Positions 19,862 to 31,983 of a DNA stretch of 64,000 bases are shown one piece after another. The position numbers and the translations under genes are program-made. The notes under the pieces were generated by a model, which was not told the origin of the DNA, made no database searches, and worked only from the letters and a program-made list of their open reading frames with translations. The first letter of the stretch is position 1. The number at the start of each line of letters is the position of its first letter. Origin of the DNA: Candidatus Eiseniibacteriota bacterium (GTDB lineage Bacteria > Eisenbacteria > RBG-16-71-46); assembly GCA_044222065.1 (NCBI GenBank), contig JBGAOA010000010.1:1-64000 (forward strand), read 5' to 3'.

Positions 19862-21062
19862 CGCCCGCGCGCTCGGCCAGCACCCGCAGCACTTCGTTCA
19901 CGTCCTTGTCGCCGCGTCCCGACAGGTTCACGAGCACGCGCGTCCCGGGCCCGAGCGCGCGGCCCTCGCGCAGCGTCCACGCGAGCGCGTGCGCGCTCTC
20001 GAGCGCCGGCAGGATGCCCTCGAGCCGCGCGAGCGCCTGGAACGCCTCGAGCGCCTCGCCGTCGTCGGCCGACGCGTACTCGGTGAGCCCGCGATCGTGC
20101 AGCCACGCGTGCTCGGGGCCGAGCGCCGGGTAGTCGAGGCCCGCCGAGACCGAGTGCGTCTCGCGGATCATGCCGCGCGCGTCCTGGAGCACGAGCGTGC
20201 GCGTGCCGTGCAGCACGCCGACGCTCGGATCCGCGAAGCGCGCCGCGTGCTTGCCGCTCGCGATGCCGTGGCCGCCCGCCTCGACGCCGACCTTGCGCAC
20301 GTCCGAGTCGCCGAGGAATGCGTGGAAGAGGCCGATCGCGTTGCTGCCGCCGCCCACGCACGCGACGAGCACGTCGGGCCGGCCGCCGAACCGCTCGGCG
20401 AACTGCGCGCGCGCCTCCTCCCCGATCACGCGATGGAAGTCGCGCACCATCATCGGGAACGGATGCGGTCCGAGGACCGAGCCGAGCACGTAGTGCGTGT
20501 CGCGCACGCGAGTCACCCAGTCGCGGAGCGCCTCGTTGATCGCGTCCTTGAGCGTGCGCGTGCCCGAGTCCACCTCGCGCACCTCGGCGCCGAGCAGGCG
20601 CATGCGCTCGACGTTCAGGTGCTGGCGGCGCGCGTCCTCGGCCCCCATGTAGACGACGCACTCGAGCCCGAAGCGCGCGGCGGCCGCGGCCGTCGCGACG
20701 CCGTGCTGTCCCGCGCCGGTCTCGGCGATCACGCGCGGCTTGCCCATGCGGCGCGCGAGCAGGCACTGCCCGATCGTGTTGTTGATCTTGTGCGCGCCCG
20801 TGTGGAGCAGGTCCTCGCGCTTCAGGAACACGCGGCAGCCCGCGGCCTCCGAGAAGCGGCGCGCCTCGATGAGCGGCGTCGGCCGTCCGGCGAAGTCCGC
20901 GAGCTCGCGCGCGAGCTCGGCGCCGAACGCGGCGTCGGCGCGCGCACGCGCGTACTCGGCCGTCAGCTCGTCGAGCGCGTGCACGAGCGTCTCGGGGACG
21001 AAACGTCCGCCGTAGGGACCGAAGTGCCCGGTCGAATCAGGCGCCGGCGGGTTGTCGGGCAT
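19830..21062 (-). CDS. trpB: Tryptophan synthase beta chain
   Basis: [41 protein letters not shown]. Confidence 0.97.
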   Translation of the reverse strand: MPDNPPAPDSTGHFGPYGGRFVPETLVHALDELTAEYARARADAAFGAELARELADFAGRPTPLIEARRFSEAAGCRVFLKREDLLHTGAHKINNTIGQCLLARRMGKPRVIAETGAGQHGVATAAAAARFGLECVVYMGAEDARRQHLNVERMRLLGAEVREVDSGTRTLKDAINEALRDWVTRVRDTHYVLGSVLGPHPFPMMVRDFHRVIGEEARAQFAERFGGRPDVLVACVGGGSNAIGLFHAFLGDSDVRKVGVEAGGHGIASGKHAARFADPSVGVLHGTRTLVLQDARGMIRETHSVSAGLDYPALGPEHAWLHDRGLTEYASADDGEALEAFQALARLEGILPALESAHALAWTLREGRALGPGTRVLVNLSGRGDKDVNEVLRVLAERAGATSPTPSSRR

Positions 21063-21693
21063 CCCACTCCCTCACGGCGCGCACGAACGCGCTCACGAGT
21101 TCCGCATCCTTGAGCCCCGGCGCGCTCTCGAGCCGCGACGAGGCGTCCACTCCGAACGGCCGGCACGTCTCGAGCGCCTCGGCCACGCACGATCCGTCGA
21201 GCCCGCCCGCCAGCATCACCGGGCGCTCGAGCGCGATCGCGCGCGCGGCCTCCCACGGAAAGCGCATCCCCGTGCCGCCCGCGCGGGTCGCGTGCGCGGT
21301 GTCGAGCAGCACGAGGTGGCGGGCGTCCGGGAGCGCGCCGTCGAACGTCCCGTCCGGCCCGACGCCGAGCGCGAACGCGACCGGCAGCGGGAAATCGGCG
21401 GGCCACGAGGCGGGGTCCACGCGGTGCAGCTGCACGCGTTTCGCGTAGGCGCGGCGCGCGAGGTCGAGCGCCTCCTCCGGCGACGGCGACACCATCACGG
21501 CGACGCCGACGGCGCCGGGCAGCGTCGTCATGACCGTGGACATGTACTCGGGACGCACGCGGCGCGGACTCTCGCCGTGCACGATGAAGCCGAGCCAGTC
21601 GGCGCCGGCGCGCCGCGCGTCGTGCGCGTCCTGCAGCCGCGTGAGGCCGCACACCTTCACGATCGTGCGGCGGCGTTCGGGTTCGAGCGTCAC
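21037..21693 (-). CDS. trpF: Phosphoribosylanthranilate isomerase
   Basis: [26 protein letters not shown] overlaps the trpC stop. Confidence 0.93.
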   Translation of the reverse strand: MTLEPERRRTIVKVCGLTRLQDAHDARRAGADWLGFIVHGESPRRVRPEYMSTVMTTLPGAVGVAVMVSPSPEEALDLARRAYAKRVQLHRVDPASWPADFPLPVAFALGVGPDGTFDGALPDARHLVLLDTAHATRAGGTGMRFPWEAARAIALERPVMLAGGLDGSCVAEALETCRPFGVDASSRLESAPGLKDAELVSAFVRAVREWDARQPAGA

Positions 21694-22499
21694 GCGCCGC
21701 CCCGCGCGGCGTCGGCGAGCGCGCGCAGCGTCCCGGCGGGATCGGCGCTCGTCATGAACGCCTCGCCGATCAGCACGGCGTCGCAGCGCGTCGCGCGCAG
21801 GCGCGCGAGATCCTCGGGACGCAAGAGGCCGGACTCGGCGACGGCCGTGGCGTGCGGCGGGATCTGCGGCATCAGTTCGATCGAGGTCTCGAGCCGCACC
21901 TCGAACGTGCGGAGATCGCGGTTGTTCACGCCGACGATCGTCGCCCCGGCCCGGAGCGCCGCGTGCAGCTCGGACGCGTCGTGCACTTCGACGAGCGCGT
22001 CGAGCCCGAGCAGCCGCGCCTCGCCGATGAGCACCTGCATCTGCGTCTCCGAGAGCAGCGCGGCGAGCAGCAGCACGGCGTCGGCGCCGCGCACCGCGGC
22101 GTCGAGGAGCTGCCAGCCGTCCACGACGAAGTCCTTCATGAGGAGCGGCAGCGCGACGTGCGGCCGCACGCGGTTCACCCACTCGGGATCGCCGAGGAAG
22201 TGGTCGGGTTCGGTCACGAGCGAGACCGCGGCCGCGCCGCCCGCGGCGTAGAGCTTCGCCGTTTCGACCGGATCCACCGCGTCGCGCAGCACGCCCTTCG
22301 AGGGCGACGCGCGCTTCACCTCGCACAGCAGCCGGATCGGACGGCCCGCGCCCCCGCGCCGGAGCGCGCGCTCGAGGCGTCCCGCGGGGCGCGCCGGGCC
22401 GAGCCGCTCGCGCAGCAGGTGGCCGGGCGTGCGCGCCTTTCCCTCCTCGACGCGCCGGCGGCGGTCGTTCGCGATGCGCGCGAGGACGTCGGCGCTCAC
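21690..22499 (-). CDS. trpC: Indole-3-glycerol-phosphate synthase
   Basis: EVKRASPSKG, LMKDF, LVEVH, GVNNRDLRTF, AESG. Confidence 0.95.
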   Translation of the reverse strand: MSADVLARIANDRRRRVEEGKARTPGHLLRERLGPARPAGRLERALRRGGAGRPIRLLCEVKRASPSKGVLRDAVDPVETAKLYAAGGAAAVSLVTEPDHFLGDPEWVNRVRPHVALPLLMKDFVVDGWQLLDAAVRGADAVLLLAALLSETQMQVLIGEARLLGLDALVEVHDASELHAALRAGATIVGVNNRDLRTFEVRLETSIELMPQIPPHATAVAESGLLRPEDLARLRATRCDAVLIGEAFMTSADPAGTLRALADAARGGA

Positions 22500-23218
22500 G
22501 TCTCGCTCCGCACGACGAGCGTGCCCGCCATGAGGTCGTGCAGCGCCTGTCGGCGCGCCGTGAACGGCTGGAACAGGTAACCGATGAGCAGGATGAAGCC
22601 CGAGATCCACTTGCCGAAGTAGCGCCCCGTCGCGCGCGCGAACGACACGCGGCCGTAGTCGAGGTCCGTGACCTTGAGGCCGAGCATCATCTTGCCGAGC
22701 GTCGCCTGGCGTCCGGAGCTCTCGAGGAACGCGAAGTAGAACCAGCTCGTGAGCGTCGCGAAGAACCAGCCGGCGAGAAGCGTGCTCATGGACGAAGCGA
22801 GCACCGAAAGATCGGACGAGCCCGCGGCCGTTTCGAGTTCGCGCAGGTGCGGCGCCCACACGATGAACGAGATCGGCACGTTGACGACGTACAGGATGAG
22901 GTTGTCCATGAACGCTGCGAAGAACCGCCGCCAGAAACCGCCGTAGCGGATCGGCGGCGCGGCCGGCACCGGCGCCGCGGCGAGGCTCGCCCACGTACCG
23001 GCGGGTGGTGCGGACGGCGCTTCGGGGGGCGCCGCCGGTGGCGCGGAGGTGAATGGCCCCGCGTACGCGGCCGGCCCGGGCGCTTCGGCCGCCTCCGGGG
23101 CCACCGGCGCGGCCGGGGGCGCCGCGGCCGCCGGCGCGGACACGGGGAGCGCGGCTCCGCAGCGCGCGCAGAAACGCGCGTCGGCCGCCGCTTCGGCACC
23201 GCAACGAGAACAGAACAC
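22496..23218 (-). CDS. Zinc-ribbon plus RDD family membrane protein
   Basis: GGAGGA RBS and GTG; CSRC..CARC; Pro/Ala linker; YGGFWRRFFAAFMD, QATLGKM, RQALHDLMAGT. Confidence 0.88.
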   Translation of the reverse strand: MFCSRCGAEAAADARFCARCGAALPVSAPAAAAPPAAPVAPEAAEAPGPAAYAGPFTSAPPAAPPEAPSAPPAGTWASLAAAPVPAAPPIRYGGFWRRFFAAFMDNLILYVVNVPISFIVWAPHLRELETAAGSSDLSVLASSMSTLLAGWFFATLTSWFYFAFLESSGRQATLGKMMLGLKVTDLDYGRVSFARATGRYFGKWISGFILLIGYLFQPFTARRQALHDLMAGTLVVRSET

Positions 23219-23241
23219 GGCGAGTCCTCCCGCGCTCCGCG

Positions 23242-24245
23242 TCAGCCGCGGAACGACGTCAGTTCCTCGAGCTTTGCCCGCGCTTCGCCCTGGTCCAGCG
23301 CGCGCGCGGCGCGCGCAACTCCGGCTTCGAGCGAGTCCGCGACGCCCGACACGACGAGCGCCGCACCCGCGTTGAGCAGCACGATGTCGCGCCCCGCCCC
23401 CCGTTCGCCGTCGAAGATCGCGCGCACGCGGGCCGCGTTCGCGGCCGCGTCCCCGCCGGCGACTCCGGCGCGGTCCTCGTGCGCGAGTCCGAGCGACTTC
23501 GGGTCCACCTCGAATTCTCGGATGCCTTCCGGCGTCACCTCGGCGACGTGCGTCGTCGCGAAGATCGTCAGCTCGTCCATGCCGTCGCGGCCGTGCACGA
23601 CCCACGCGCGCTCGGCGCCCAACTGGCGAAGCACTTCGGCGACCGGGCGCACGAGCGCATCCGAGTACACGCCGAGCAGCTGGCGCTGCGCGCCCGCCGG
23701 ATTCGTGAGCGGTCCGAGGATGTTGAACACGGTCCGCACGCCGATCTCGCGCCGCGCGGCGGAGGCGTGGCGCAGCGCCGTGTGGTAGTTCGGCGCGAAC
23801 AGGAACGTGATGCCGAGCAGGTCGAGCGAGCGCGACGCGCTCTCGGGCGTCAGGTCGATCCGCACGCCGAGCGACTCGAGCACGTCCGCGCTGCCCGTGC
23901 GGCTCGACACCGCGCGGTTGCCGTGCTTCGCCACGGCGACGCCGCACGAGGCGGTGAGCAGCGCGACGGTGGTCGAGATGTTGAACGTGCCGGCGTTGTC
24001 CCCACCCGTGCCGCAGGTGTCGAGCAGCGGACGGCGGCGCGAGCGGATCGGCGGAACGCGCTCGCGCATCGCCTCGGCCATGCCGGCGATCTCGTCGGGT
24101 GTCTCGCCCTTCATGCGCAGGCCGATCGCGAGCGCGGCGATCTGCGCGGTCGTCGCCTCACCGGACAGGATCTGCTCCATCGCGGCGTGCGCGAGTTCGC
24201 GGCTCAGGTCTTCGCGGGACACGGCCCGGGCAATGGCGGACTGGA

Positions 24246-24249
<4 letters not shown>
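23242..24249 (-). CDS. trpD: Anthranilate phosphoribosyltransferase
   Basis: [32 protein letters not shown] start. Confidence 0.96.
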
Positions 24250-24832
<583 letters not shown>

Positions 24833-24836
<4 letters not shown>

Positions 24837-26302
24837 GCCTGCCCCCCGCGCTCGGCGCGCTGCACGGCGAGCCACAGGGCGCGCCCCTTGTTGAGCGTCT
24901 CCTCCCACTCCTGCTCGGGAACGGAGTCGGCGACGATGCCCGCGCCCACGCCCCAGTACGCGCGGCCGTTCGCGTAGACGAGCGTGCGGATCGCGATGCA
25001 CAGGTCGAGGTTGCCGTGGTAGTCGAAGTGGCCGACCGCGCCGGCGTACACGCCGCGCCGCACGGGCTCGAGGTCCTCGAGGATCTCCATCGCGCGCACC
25101 TTCGGAGCGCCCGAGACCGTTCCGGCCGGGAAGCACGCGCGCACGATGTCGAGCGGCGAGACCGACGGCGTCGCGCGGCCGCGCACGTTCGACACGAGGT
25201 GCATGACCTGCGAGTAGCGTTCGACCTGCATGTATTCGTTCGTCTCGACGCTGCCGAATTCGGAGACGCGGCCCACGTCGTTGCGCCCGAGGTCCACGAG
25301 CATGACGTGCTCGGCGCGCTCCTTCTCGTTCGCGCGCAGCTCCTCTTCGAGCGCACGGTCCTCGTCGGCGTTGCGGCCGCGCGGCCGCGTGCCGGCGATC
25401 GGCCGCACTTCGACCGTGCCCTCGGTGCGGCGCACGAGCACCTCGGGCGAGGAGCCGACGATCGAGAAGTCGCCGAGCCGCAGGAAGTACATGTAGGGCG
25501 ACGGATTCGTGACGCGCAGCGCGCGGTAGCCCTCGAACGGCGGCTGCGCGACCTCGGCGCTCATGCGGTGCGCGAGCACGAGCTGGAACAGGTCGCCCGC
25601 GCGGATGTGCTCCTTCGCCGCCTCGACTCCCGCGAGGTACTGCTCGCGCGTCATCGAGGAGCGCGGCTCGCTCACGGCGCCCCACGCCGGCGGCTCGACG
25701 AACGCGAGCGGCGTCCGCAGCCGCGCGACCTCGGCCTCGAGTCGCGCGACGGCCGCGTCGTAGGCCGCGCCGGGATCGTCCCCGCCGCGCGCGTGCGTCA
25801 CGACCTTCATCGTGTGCGTCAGGTTGTCGAACACGCTGACGACGTCGCCGAACAGGAACATCGCGTCCGGCAGTTCGACGTCGCGCGCGGCCCTGGACGG
25901 CAGCCGCTCGAACCAGCGCACGGCGTCGTAGCCGAAGAACCCGACGGCGCCGCCGCAGAAGCGCGGCAGGCCCGGCAGCGGAGTCGCCTGGTGCTCGCGC
26001 AGCAGGCGCGCGAGCTCGTCCACGGGATGCCCGCTCAGGGGCTCGACGCGGTCGCCGGTGCGTAACTCGCACGAGTCGCCGCGGGCGACGAAGACCTGCG
26101 AGGGGCGGCTGCCGAGGATCGAGAAGCGCCCCCACTTCTCGCCGCCCTCGACGCTCTCGAGCAGGAAGCCGTAGGGGCCGTCGTCGATCTTCCGGAACGC
26201 CGAGACGGGCGTGTCGTGGTCGGCGAACACCTCGCGGTACACGGGGACGAGCTTGCCCGCGCGCGAGAGCGTCGCGAATTCCTCGCGGCTCGGGACGATC
26301 AC
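24833..26302 (-). CDS. trpE: Anthranilate synthase component I
   Basis: LLES and NPSPYM Trp-feedback motifs, [30 protein letters not shown]. Confidence 0.96.
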
Positions 26303-27987
26303 GCGTCGCGTCCCGCGCGCGCGCCGAGCAGCTCGCGCGCCTGCCGCCGCGTCGTGTCCGTCACCCGCTCGCCGGCGAGCATGCGCGACAGCTCTTCCAC
26401 GCGCTCGGGCGCCGCGAGCGCGCGCAGCCGCGCGACGGTCCGTCCGGCGGCGAGCTGCTTCTCGACGGCGAAATGCTGGGCGGCGAGCGCGGCGATCATG
26501 GGCAAGTGGGTCACGCAGACGACCTGTCGGTGCTCGGCGAGCGCCCGGAGTCGTTCCCCGACCGCCTGTGCGACGGCTCCGCCGATCCCGGAATCTACTT
26601 CGTCGAAAACCAGAAGGTCAACGCGGTCACGGGCTTGGAGCGCGCACTTGAGGGCCAGCATCACCCGGGAAAGCTCCCCACCGGAGGCGATCTTCTGGAG
26701 CGGACGCGCCGGCTCGCCCGGGTTCGGCGAGAACAGCAACCGCACGTCGTCGAAGCCCGCGGGCGTCGGCTCGCCCTCGGGCAGCGGCGCGAGTTCGAAC
26801 GCGATTCCGGCGCGCGCGAAACCGAGCGGGCGCAGCTCCTTCGAGAGCGTCGCGCTCCACGTCCGCGCGGCCTCGGCGCGGCGCCGCGTGAGCGCGCGTC
26901 CCGCCGAGCGGCAGTGCGCCCACGCCTCGTCCACGCGGGCGCGCGCGCGCGCGATCGCGCCCTCGGCGTCGTCGCCCGCGGCGAGTTCGTGCTCGAGCTC
27001 GGAGCGCCAGGCGATGAGCGCATCGACGTCACGCCGGTACTTGCGGCGCAGGCGCGCGTACGACTCGCGGCGCGCCTCGATCGTCTCGAGCGCTTCGGGG
27101 TCGGCTTCGAGGTTCGCGCGATAGTGCGCGAGCGCGCGCGCCGACTCGGACGCCGCGATTTCGGCCTCGTGGATCGTGCGCGCCGCGTCCTCGAGCGACG
27201 GGTCCAGCTGCGCGGCCTGCTCGATCGCGTGACGCGCGGCGCCGAGGCGGTCCGCGGCCGAGTCGTCGCCGTCGGCGAGGCGGTCGAGCGCGAGCGTCGC
27301 GAGTTCTCGCAGGCGGTCGGCGTGCGCGAGCCGCGCCGCCTCCGAGGCGAGTTCCTCCTCTTCCCCGGCGCGCGGCTTCAGCTCGTCGAGATCGCGCGCG
27401 GCGTTCGCCAGGTAGTCGCGGCGCTCGGCGAAGGTCGCGAGCGACGTCTCGAGCCGCTTCCACTCCTGTTCGGCCTCGCGCACGGCCGCGAGCGTGGCGG
27501 CGAAGGCGGCGCGCTCGTCGTCGAGGCCCGCGAGTCGGTCGAGCGTGAGCAGCGGCGCGCCGTCCTTGAGCAGGCTCTGGTGTTCGTGCTGGCCGTGCAG
27601 GTCCGCGAGCGTCTCGCCGAGGCGCTTGAGCGAGGCGAGCGTCACCGCCGACTGGTTCACGGTCGCGCGGCTGCGGCCCTCGGCCGAGACCTCACGGCGC
27701 AGCACGAGCGACTCGCCGTCGAAGTCGAGCCCCCACTCCTCGAGCAGTGCGCCCGCGCGGCGGGCCGCCGGACCCGCGAGGCGGAATTCGCCTTCGACGA
27801 TCGCGGCCTTCGCACCCTCGCGCACGGCATCCGCGTCGCCGCGGCCGCCGAGCAGCAGCGCGAGCGACTCGACGAACAGCGACTTGCCGGCGCCGGTTTC
27901 GCCGGTCACCGCGTGCAGGCCGGCGCCGAAGTCGATCTCGGCCCGCTCGACGAGCGCGAGGTCGCGGATCGTGAGCCGGGTCAGCAC
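26299..27987 (-). CDS. recN: DNA repair protein RecN
   Basis: [29 protein letters not shown]. Confidence 0.96.
   Translation of the reverse strand: MLTRLTIRDLALVERAEIDFGAGLHAVTGETGAGKSLFVESLALLLGGRGDADAVREGAKAAIVEGEFRLAGPAARRAGALLEEWGLDFDGESLVLRREVSAEGRSRATVNQSAVTLASLKRLGETLADLHGQHEHQSLLKDGAPLLTLDRLAGLDDERAAFAATLAAVREAEQEWKRLETSLATFAERRDYLANAARDLDELKPRAGEEEELASEAARLAHADRLRELATLALDRLADGDDSAADRLGAARHAIEQAAQLDPSLEDAARTIHEAEIAASESARALAHYRANLEADPEALETIEARRESYARLRRKYRRDVDALIAWRSELEHELAAGDDAEGAIARARARVDEAWAHCRSAGRALTRRRAEAARTWSATLSKELRPLGFARAGIAFELAPLPEGEPTPAGFDDVRLLFSPNPGEPARPLQKIASGGELSRVMLALKCALQARDRVDLLVFDEVDSGIGGAVAQAVGERLRALAEHRQVVCVTHLPMIAALAAQHFAVEKQLAAGRTVARLRALAAPERVEELSRMLAGERVTDTTRRQARELLGARAGRDA
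26592..26621 (-). promoter_or_regulatory. Internal sigma70-type promoter in recN, upstream of trpE
   Basis: TTGACC, 18 nt, TAGATT, in a locally AT-richer patch about 290 nt before trpE. Confidence 0.55.
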
Positions 27988-27991
27988 GCCG

Positions 27992-28678
27992 TCACGCTCC
28001 TCGGCCCGCGCGCGCGACCGCGGCCGCCGCCGAGCGCGCCGGGCGCGCGGGACGCCAGCGTCGCGCGAGTCCGGTGCTCGCGAGCAGTTCGCCGAGCGCG
28101 TCGTCGTAGCGCAGCGGAACGAGCGGCAGCAGGCCGATCAGGAGCGACTCGAGGTGGCCGTCGGCGACCGGGCTCTTCTCGAGGCACGCGGCGCGCACGC
28201 GGTCGAACGGTTCGTCCGGCGAGCGCAGTCCGGTGGCGGGCGGGGCGGCGACCGCCGCGCCGTAGTACGCCAGGCGCGCGTCCATCTCGTGCGCGTCGCG
28301 GAACGAATCGGCGGCCTTGAGCAGCGCCGCGCTCAGGACGAGCTGTCCGAACTCGCGCGTGAGCCACTGCCCGCGCGTGAGCGCCCACGAGAGCGAGAAG
28401 ACGTGCAGGTACTTCTCCTCGGTCTGCCACCAGCGCCGCGTCTCGGGCGCGAGCGCCCAGAACGCCGGCGAGTCGCTCTTTCCGACCGCGCTCTCGAGCT
28501 GGAGCGCGAACTCCTCGGCGAGCACGCGCGCATCGCGCGCCGACCGGCCGTCGAGCCGGAAGTCGAGCGCCCCCGCGGCCGCGGTCACATCGGGATCGCG
28601 GCGCGTGAGCCGGTCCCACAGCACGCCGGCGGCGACGAGCGCCGCGAGCGCGAGCAGGATGCCGAGCAGGAGCGCCAT
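27992..28678 (-). CDS. Hypothetical protein with N-terminal membrane anchor
   Basis: Fills the nadK-recN gap; MALLLGILLALAALVAAGVLW; no recognised motif. Confidence 0.65.
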   Translation of the reverse strand: MALLLGILLALAALVAAGVLWDRLTRRDPDVTAAAGALDFRLDGRSARDARVLAEEFALQLESAVGKSDSPAFWALAPETRRWWQTEEKYLHVFSLSWALTRGQWLTREFGQLVLSAALLKAADSFRDAHEMDARLAYYGAAVAAPPATGLRSPDEPFDRVRAACLEKSPVADGHLESLLIGLLPLVPLRYDDALGELLASTGLARRWRPARPARSAAAAVARAGRGA

Positions 28679-28683
28679 GCGCC

Positions 28684-29556
28684 CTAGAGACTCCGCTTCT
28701 TGCTGCCCTGCCAGCCGAGCTTGCGCTGCAGCGAGCGCACGAACGGCCGGCCCGGATTGACGAACGTGCGGACGACGGTCCGGTCCAGCCGCACGCGCAC
28801 CTCGTCGCCGCGATGCAGGTCCACGGTTTCCTGTCCGTCGAGGAGCAGCGCCATGTGGTCGAACGAGCCGATCACCTCGATCGCCAGCTCCTCGCCCGGC
28901 GGCATGACGAGCGGCCGCGTCGCGAGCGCGTGCGGGCACACGGGCGTGACGACCATCGCCTCGACGCCGGGCGTGAGCAGCGGGCCTCCGGCCGAGAGCG
29001 AGTACGCGGTCGAGCCGGACGCGGTCGCGAGGATCAGCCCGTCGGCGACGAGGCGGCCCAGGTCGTGGCCGAGCGCCGTGAGCTTGAGGTGGATCGCGGT
29101 GTAACCGCTCGCGCCCTTCACGACGGCGTCGTTCAGCGCCACACCGCGGTGCAGCGTACGGCCGCGGCGTCGCACGAGCGTCCCGAGCAGACGGCGTTCG
29201 GCGACGGGCCAGCGGCCCGCGAACGCGGCGCGCACCGCGAGCGAGAGCTGCGCGGCCTCGGCCACCGTGAGGAAGCCGAGCCCGCCGAGGTTCACGGGCA
29301 GCAGCACCGCCCGCGTGCCGGCGAGCGCGCGCGCGCCCGTGAGCGCCGTGCCGTCGCCGCCGAGCGTCACGAGCACGTCGCACCAGCGCACGAGCTTCGG
29401 CAGCGGCAGCCCGTCGAGCGCGCACTCGGCCGCGAGCCGTCCGTCGAGCCGCACGCTCATGCCGCGGCGCCCGAGCAGCGCGCACAGCCGCTGCGCGGCA
29501 CGACGCACTCCCGGTCGTCCGGAGTGACCGAGGATTCCGACGCGGCGGACCGCCAT
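28684..29556 (-). CDS. nadK: NAD kinase
   Basis: LGGDGT, NLGGLGFL, ALND, GSTAYSLSAGG. Confidence 0.94.
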   Translation of the reverse strand: MAVRRVGILGHSGRPGVRRAAQRLCALLGRRGMSVRLDGRLAAECALDGLPLPKLVRWCDVLVTLGGDGTALTGARALAGTRAVLLPVNLGGLGFLTVAEAAQLSLAVRAAFAGRWPVAERRLLGTLVRRRGRTLHRGVALNDAVVKGASGYTAIHLKLTALGHDLGRLVADGLILATASGSTAYSLSAGGPLLTPGVEAMVVTPVCPHALATRPLVMPPGEELAIEVIGSFDHMALLLDGQETVDLHRGDEVRVRLDRTVVRTFVNPGRPFVRSLQRKLGWQGSKKRSL

Positions 29557-29564
29557 GCGGGACC

Positions 29565-31457
29565 TCAGGTGGTGAGCGACTGGGTCACGCGCACCCAGTC
29601 CGAAACCGAGCGCGCGATGCCGGCGGCGTCGAGGCCGATGCGTTGCAGCAGCGCTTCGCGCTTGCCGTGCAGCACGAAGGCGTCCGGCACGCCGAGCCGG
29701 AGGTGCGGGGTCGCGGACAGGCGTTCGCGGTCGAGCATCTCGCTCACGGCGCTGCCGAAGCCGCCGGCGATGACGTTCTCCTCGATCGTGACGATGCGGC
29801 CCACCGAGCGCGCGAGCCCGCCGATCGTGCGGACGTCCACCGGCGTGGCGAAACGCGCGTTGACGACGGTCGCCGACACGCCCTGCTGCGCGAGGATCTC
29901 GGCCGCGAGCAGCGCCGGCTGCACCATCGTGCCGAGCGCGACGAGCGCTACGTCGGCGCCGGCGCGCAGCTGTTCGGCGCGGCCGATCTCGAGCACGCGC
30001 GGCTCGCCCTCGGGCAGCGAGTCGTCGGGCACGTTCGCGCGCGGATAGCGCACCGCGATCGGGCCCGTCCCCTTCCAGTGCGCGGCCGTCCACAGCATGT
30101 CGCGCAGTTCGGCGCCGTCCTTCGGCTGCATCACGACGCAGCCCGGGATCATGCGCAGGTAGCCGACGTCGAACACGCCGTGCTGCGGCGCGCCGTCGTC
30201 GCCTACGAGGCCCGCGCGATCGATGCACAGCGCGATCTTGAGCTCCTGGATCGCGACGTCGTGGATGATCTGGTCGAACGCGCGCTGCAGGAACGTCGAG
30301 TAGATGGTCGTGAGCGGCAGCAGCCCCTCGGCCGCGAGCCCGGCGGAGAACGTCACCGCGTGCTCTTCGGCCATGCCGACGTCGAAGAACCGCTCGGGGA
30401 AGCGCTTCGCGAACTGCGTCAGTCCGGTGTTGTCCGTCATCGCCGCCGTCACGGCGACGGCGTTCGGGAAGGTCTCCCCGATCCGCACGGCGGTCTCGCC
30501 GAACACGTGCGAGTACGTCTTCTTCGTGCCCTTCGACGCGACGCCCGACTCGGGATCGAACACGCCGACGCCGTGGAACGCGGTCGCGTTGCCTTCCGCG
30601 GGCAGGTAGCCCTTGCCCTTGCGCGTCACGACGTGCAGGAGCACCGGCTCCTCGAAGCGCTTGAGGTCCGACAGCGTTTCTTCCAGCGCGTCGAGGTCGT
30701 GGCCGTCGATCGGGCCGAAGTACTTGAAGCCGAGTTCCTCGAACAGCACGCCCGGGACGAGCAGGTTCTGCAGCCCCTCCTTCACGCGGCTCGCGCCCTC
30801 CTGCGCGCGGAACGCGCGGGGCAGCTTGCCGAGCAGTTCCCAAACGTCGTGTTCGAAGCGGCGGTAGATGCGGCTCGTCGTGAGCTTCGTCAGGTAGCGC
30901 GCGATCGCGCCGACGTTCGGCGAGATGCTCATCTCGTTGTCGTTCAGGATCACGATGAGGCGGCGTCCGATTTCGCCGGCGTTGTTGAGCCCCTCGAACG
31001 CCATGCCGCCCGTCAGCGCGCCGTCGCCGATGACGGCGATGACGTGGTGCTTCTCGCCGCGCAGGTCGCGCGCTGCGGCGAAGCCGAGCGCCGCACTGAT
31101 CGACGTGCTGCCGTGGCTCGTGCCGAACGGATCGTGCGGACTCTCGGCGCGGCGCGGATAACCCGCGATGCCGTCGATCAGCCGCAGCGTGTCGAAGCGG
31201 CCGTAGCGGCCGGTGACGAGCTTGTGCGGATAGGACTGGTGACCGACGTCCCAGATGATCTTGTCCGTCGGCGAGTCGAACACGCGGTGGAGCGCGATCG
31301 TCAGCTCGACGACGCCGAGGTTCGGAGCCAGGTGCCCGGCGTTGCGCGCCACGGTCTGGATGACGACGTGGCGGATCTCCTGGGCGAGCGCGCCGAGCTC
31401 GGCGCGCGAGAGGCGCTTGAGATCCGCGGGCGACTGGATGCGATCGAGCAGGCTCAT
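29565..31457 (-). CDS. dxs: 1-deoxy-D-xylulose-5-phosphate synthase
   Basis: WDVGHQSY, GDGALTGG, YSTFLQRA, DRAG. Confidence 0.97.
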   Translation of the reverse strand: MSLLDRIQSPADLKRLSRAELGALAQEIRHVVIQTVARNAGHLAPNLGVVELTIALHRVFDSPTDKIIWDVGHQSYPHKLVTGRYGRFDTLRLIDGIAGYPRRAESPHDPFGTSHGSTSISAALGFAAARDLRGEKHHVIAVIGDGALTGGMAFEGLNNAGEIGRRLIVILNDNEMSISPNVGAIARYLTKLTTSRIYRRFEHDVWELLGKLPRAFRAQEGASRVKEGLQNLLVPGVLFEELGFKYFGPIDGHDLDALEETLSDLKRFEEPVLLHVVTRKGKGYLPAEGNATAFHGVGVFDPESGVASKGTKKTYSHVFGETAVRIGETFPNAVAVTAAMTDNTGLTQFAKRFPERFFDVGMAEEHAVTFSAGLAAEGLLPLTTIYSTFLQRAFDQIIHDVAIQELKIALCIDRAGLVGDDGAPQHGVFDVGYLRMIPGCVVMQPKDGAELRDMLWTAAHWKGTGPIAVRYPRANVPDDSLPEGEPRVLEIGRAEQLRAGADVALVALGTMVQPALLAAEILAQQGVSATVVNARFATPVDVRTIGGLARSVGRIVTIEENVIAGGFGSAVSEMLDRERLSATPHLRLGVPDAFVLHGKREALLQRIGLDAAGIARSVSDWVRVTQSLTT

Positions 31458-31890
31458 CAGGTGAGCTTGGCCCAGACGAGGGCGCTGGCGACTCCCAGGA
31501 GGCCGCCGACGAGGACCTCGAGCGGCGTGTGGCCGAGCAGCTCCATCAGACGCTGCGTGTCCGCGCCCGGATCCCGGAAGTGCTCGTCGATCAGGCGGTT
31601 GAGAATCGCGGGGCCGACCCGCGCGCACGCCGCAAACCGGCGGCATCATACATGACGATCAGGCTGAAAAACAGCGTCACGCAGAACAGCGACGAGGTGA
31701 AGCCGTCGCGCAGCCCGATCGACGTGCTGAGCGCCGCGACCGAGGCCGCGTGCGAACTCGGCATGCCGCCGGTGGCGACGAAGCGCCGCAGGTTCCAGCG
31801 TCCCGATCCGAGATAGGCGCGGAATCCCTTGTACCCCTGCACCGCGAAACCGACGCCGAGTGCGAGCCAGAACGGTTCCGTGACGACCTC
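31457..31890 (-). pseudogene. Divergent PAP2 (DUF212) family protein, frameshifted near 31610-31625; start uncertain
   Basis: TGGMPSSHAA..VMYDAAGLRR in one frame, AILNRL..ELLGHTPLEV in another; usual ispA-DUF212-dxs position. Confidence 0.8.
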
Positions 31891-31983
31891 CCTGTGAGCG
31901 CCGCCCGCTCCCGATGCCGTGCGCGCGGCGCGCCGGATGCTGCGGGTGGCGGCACGGACTGTCAATGCCCGCGCCGATCGGCC

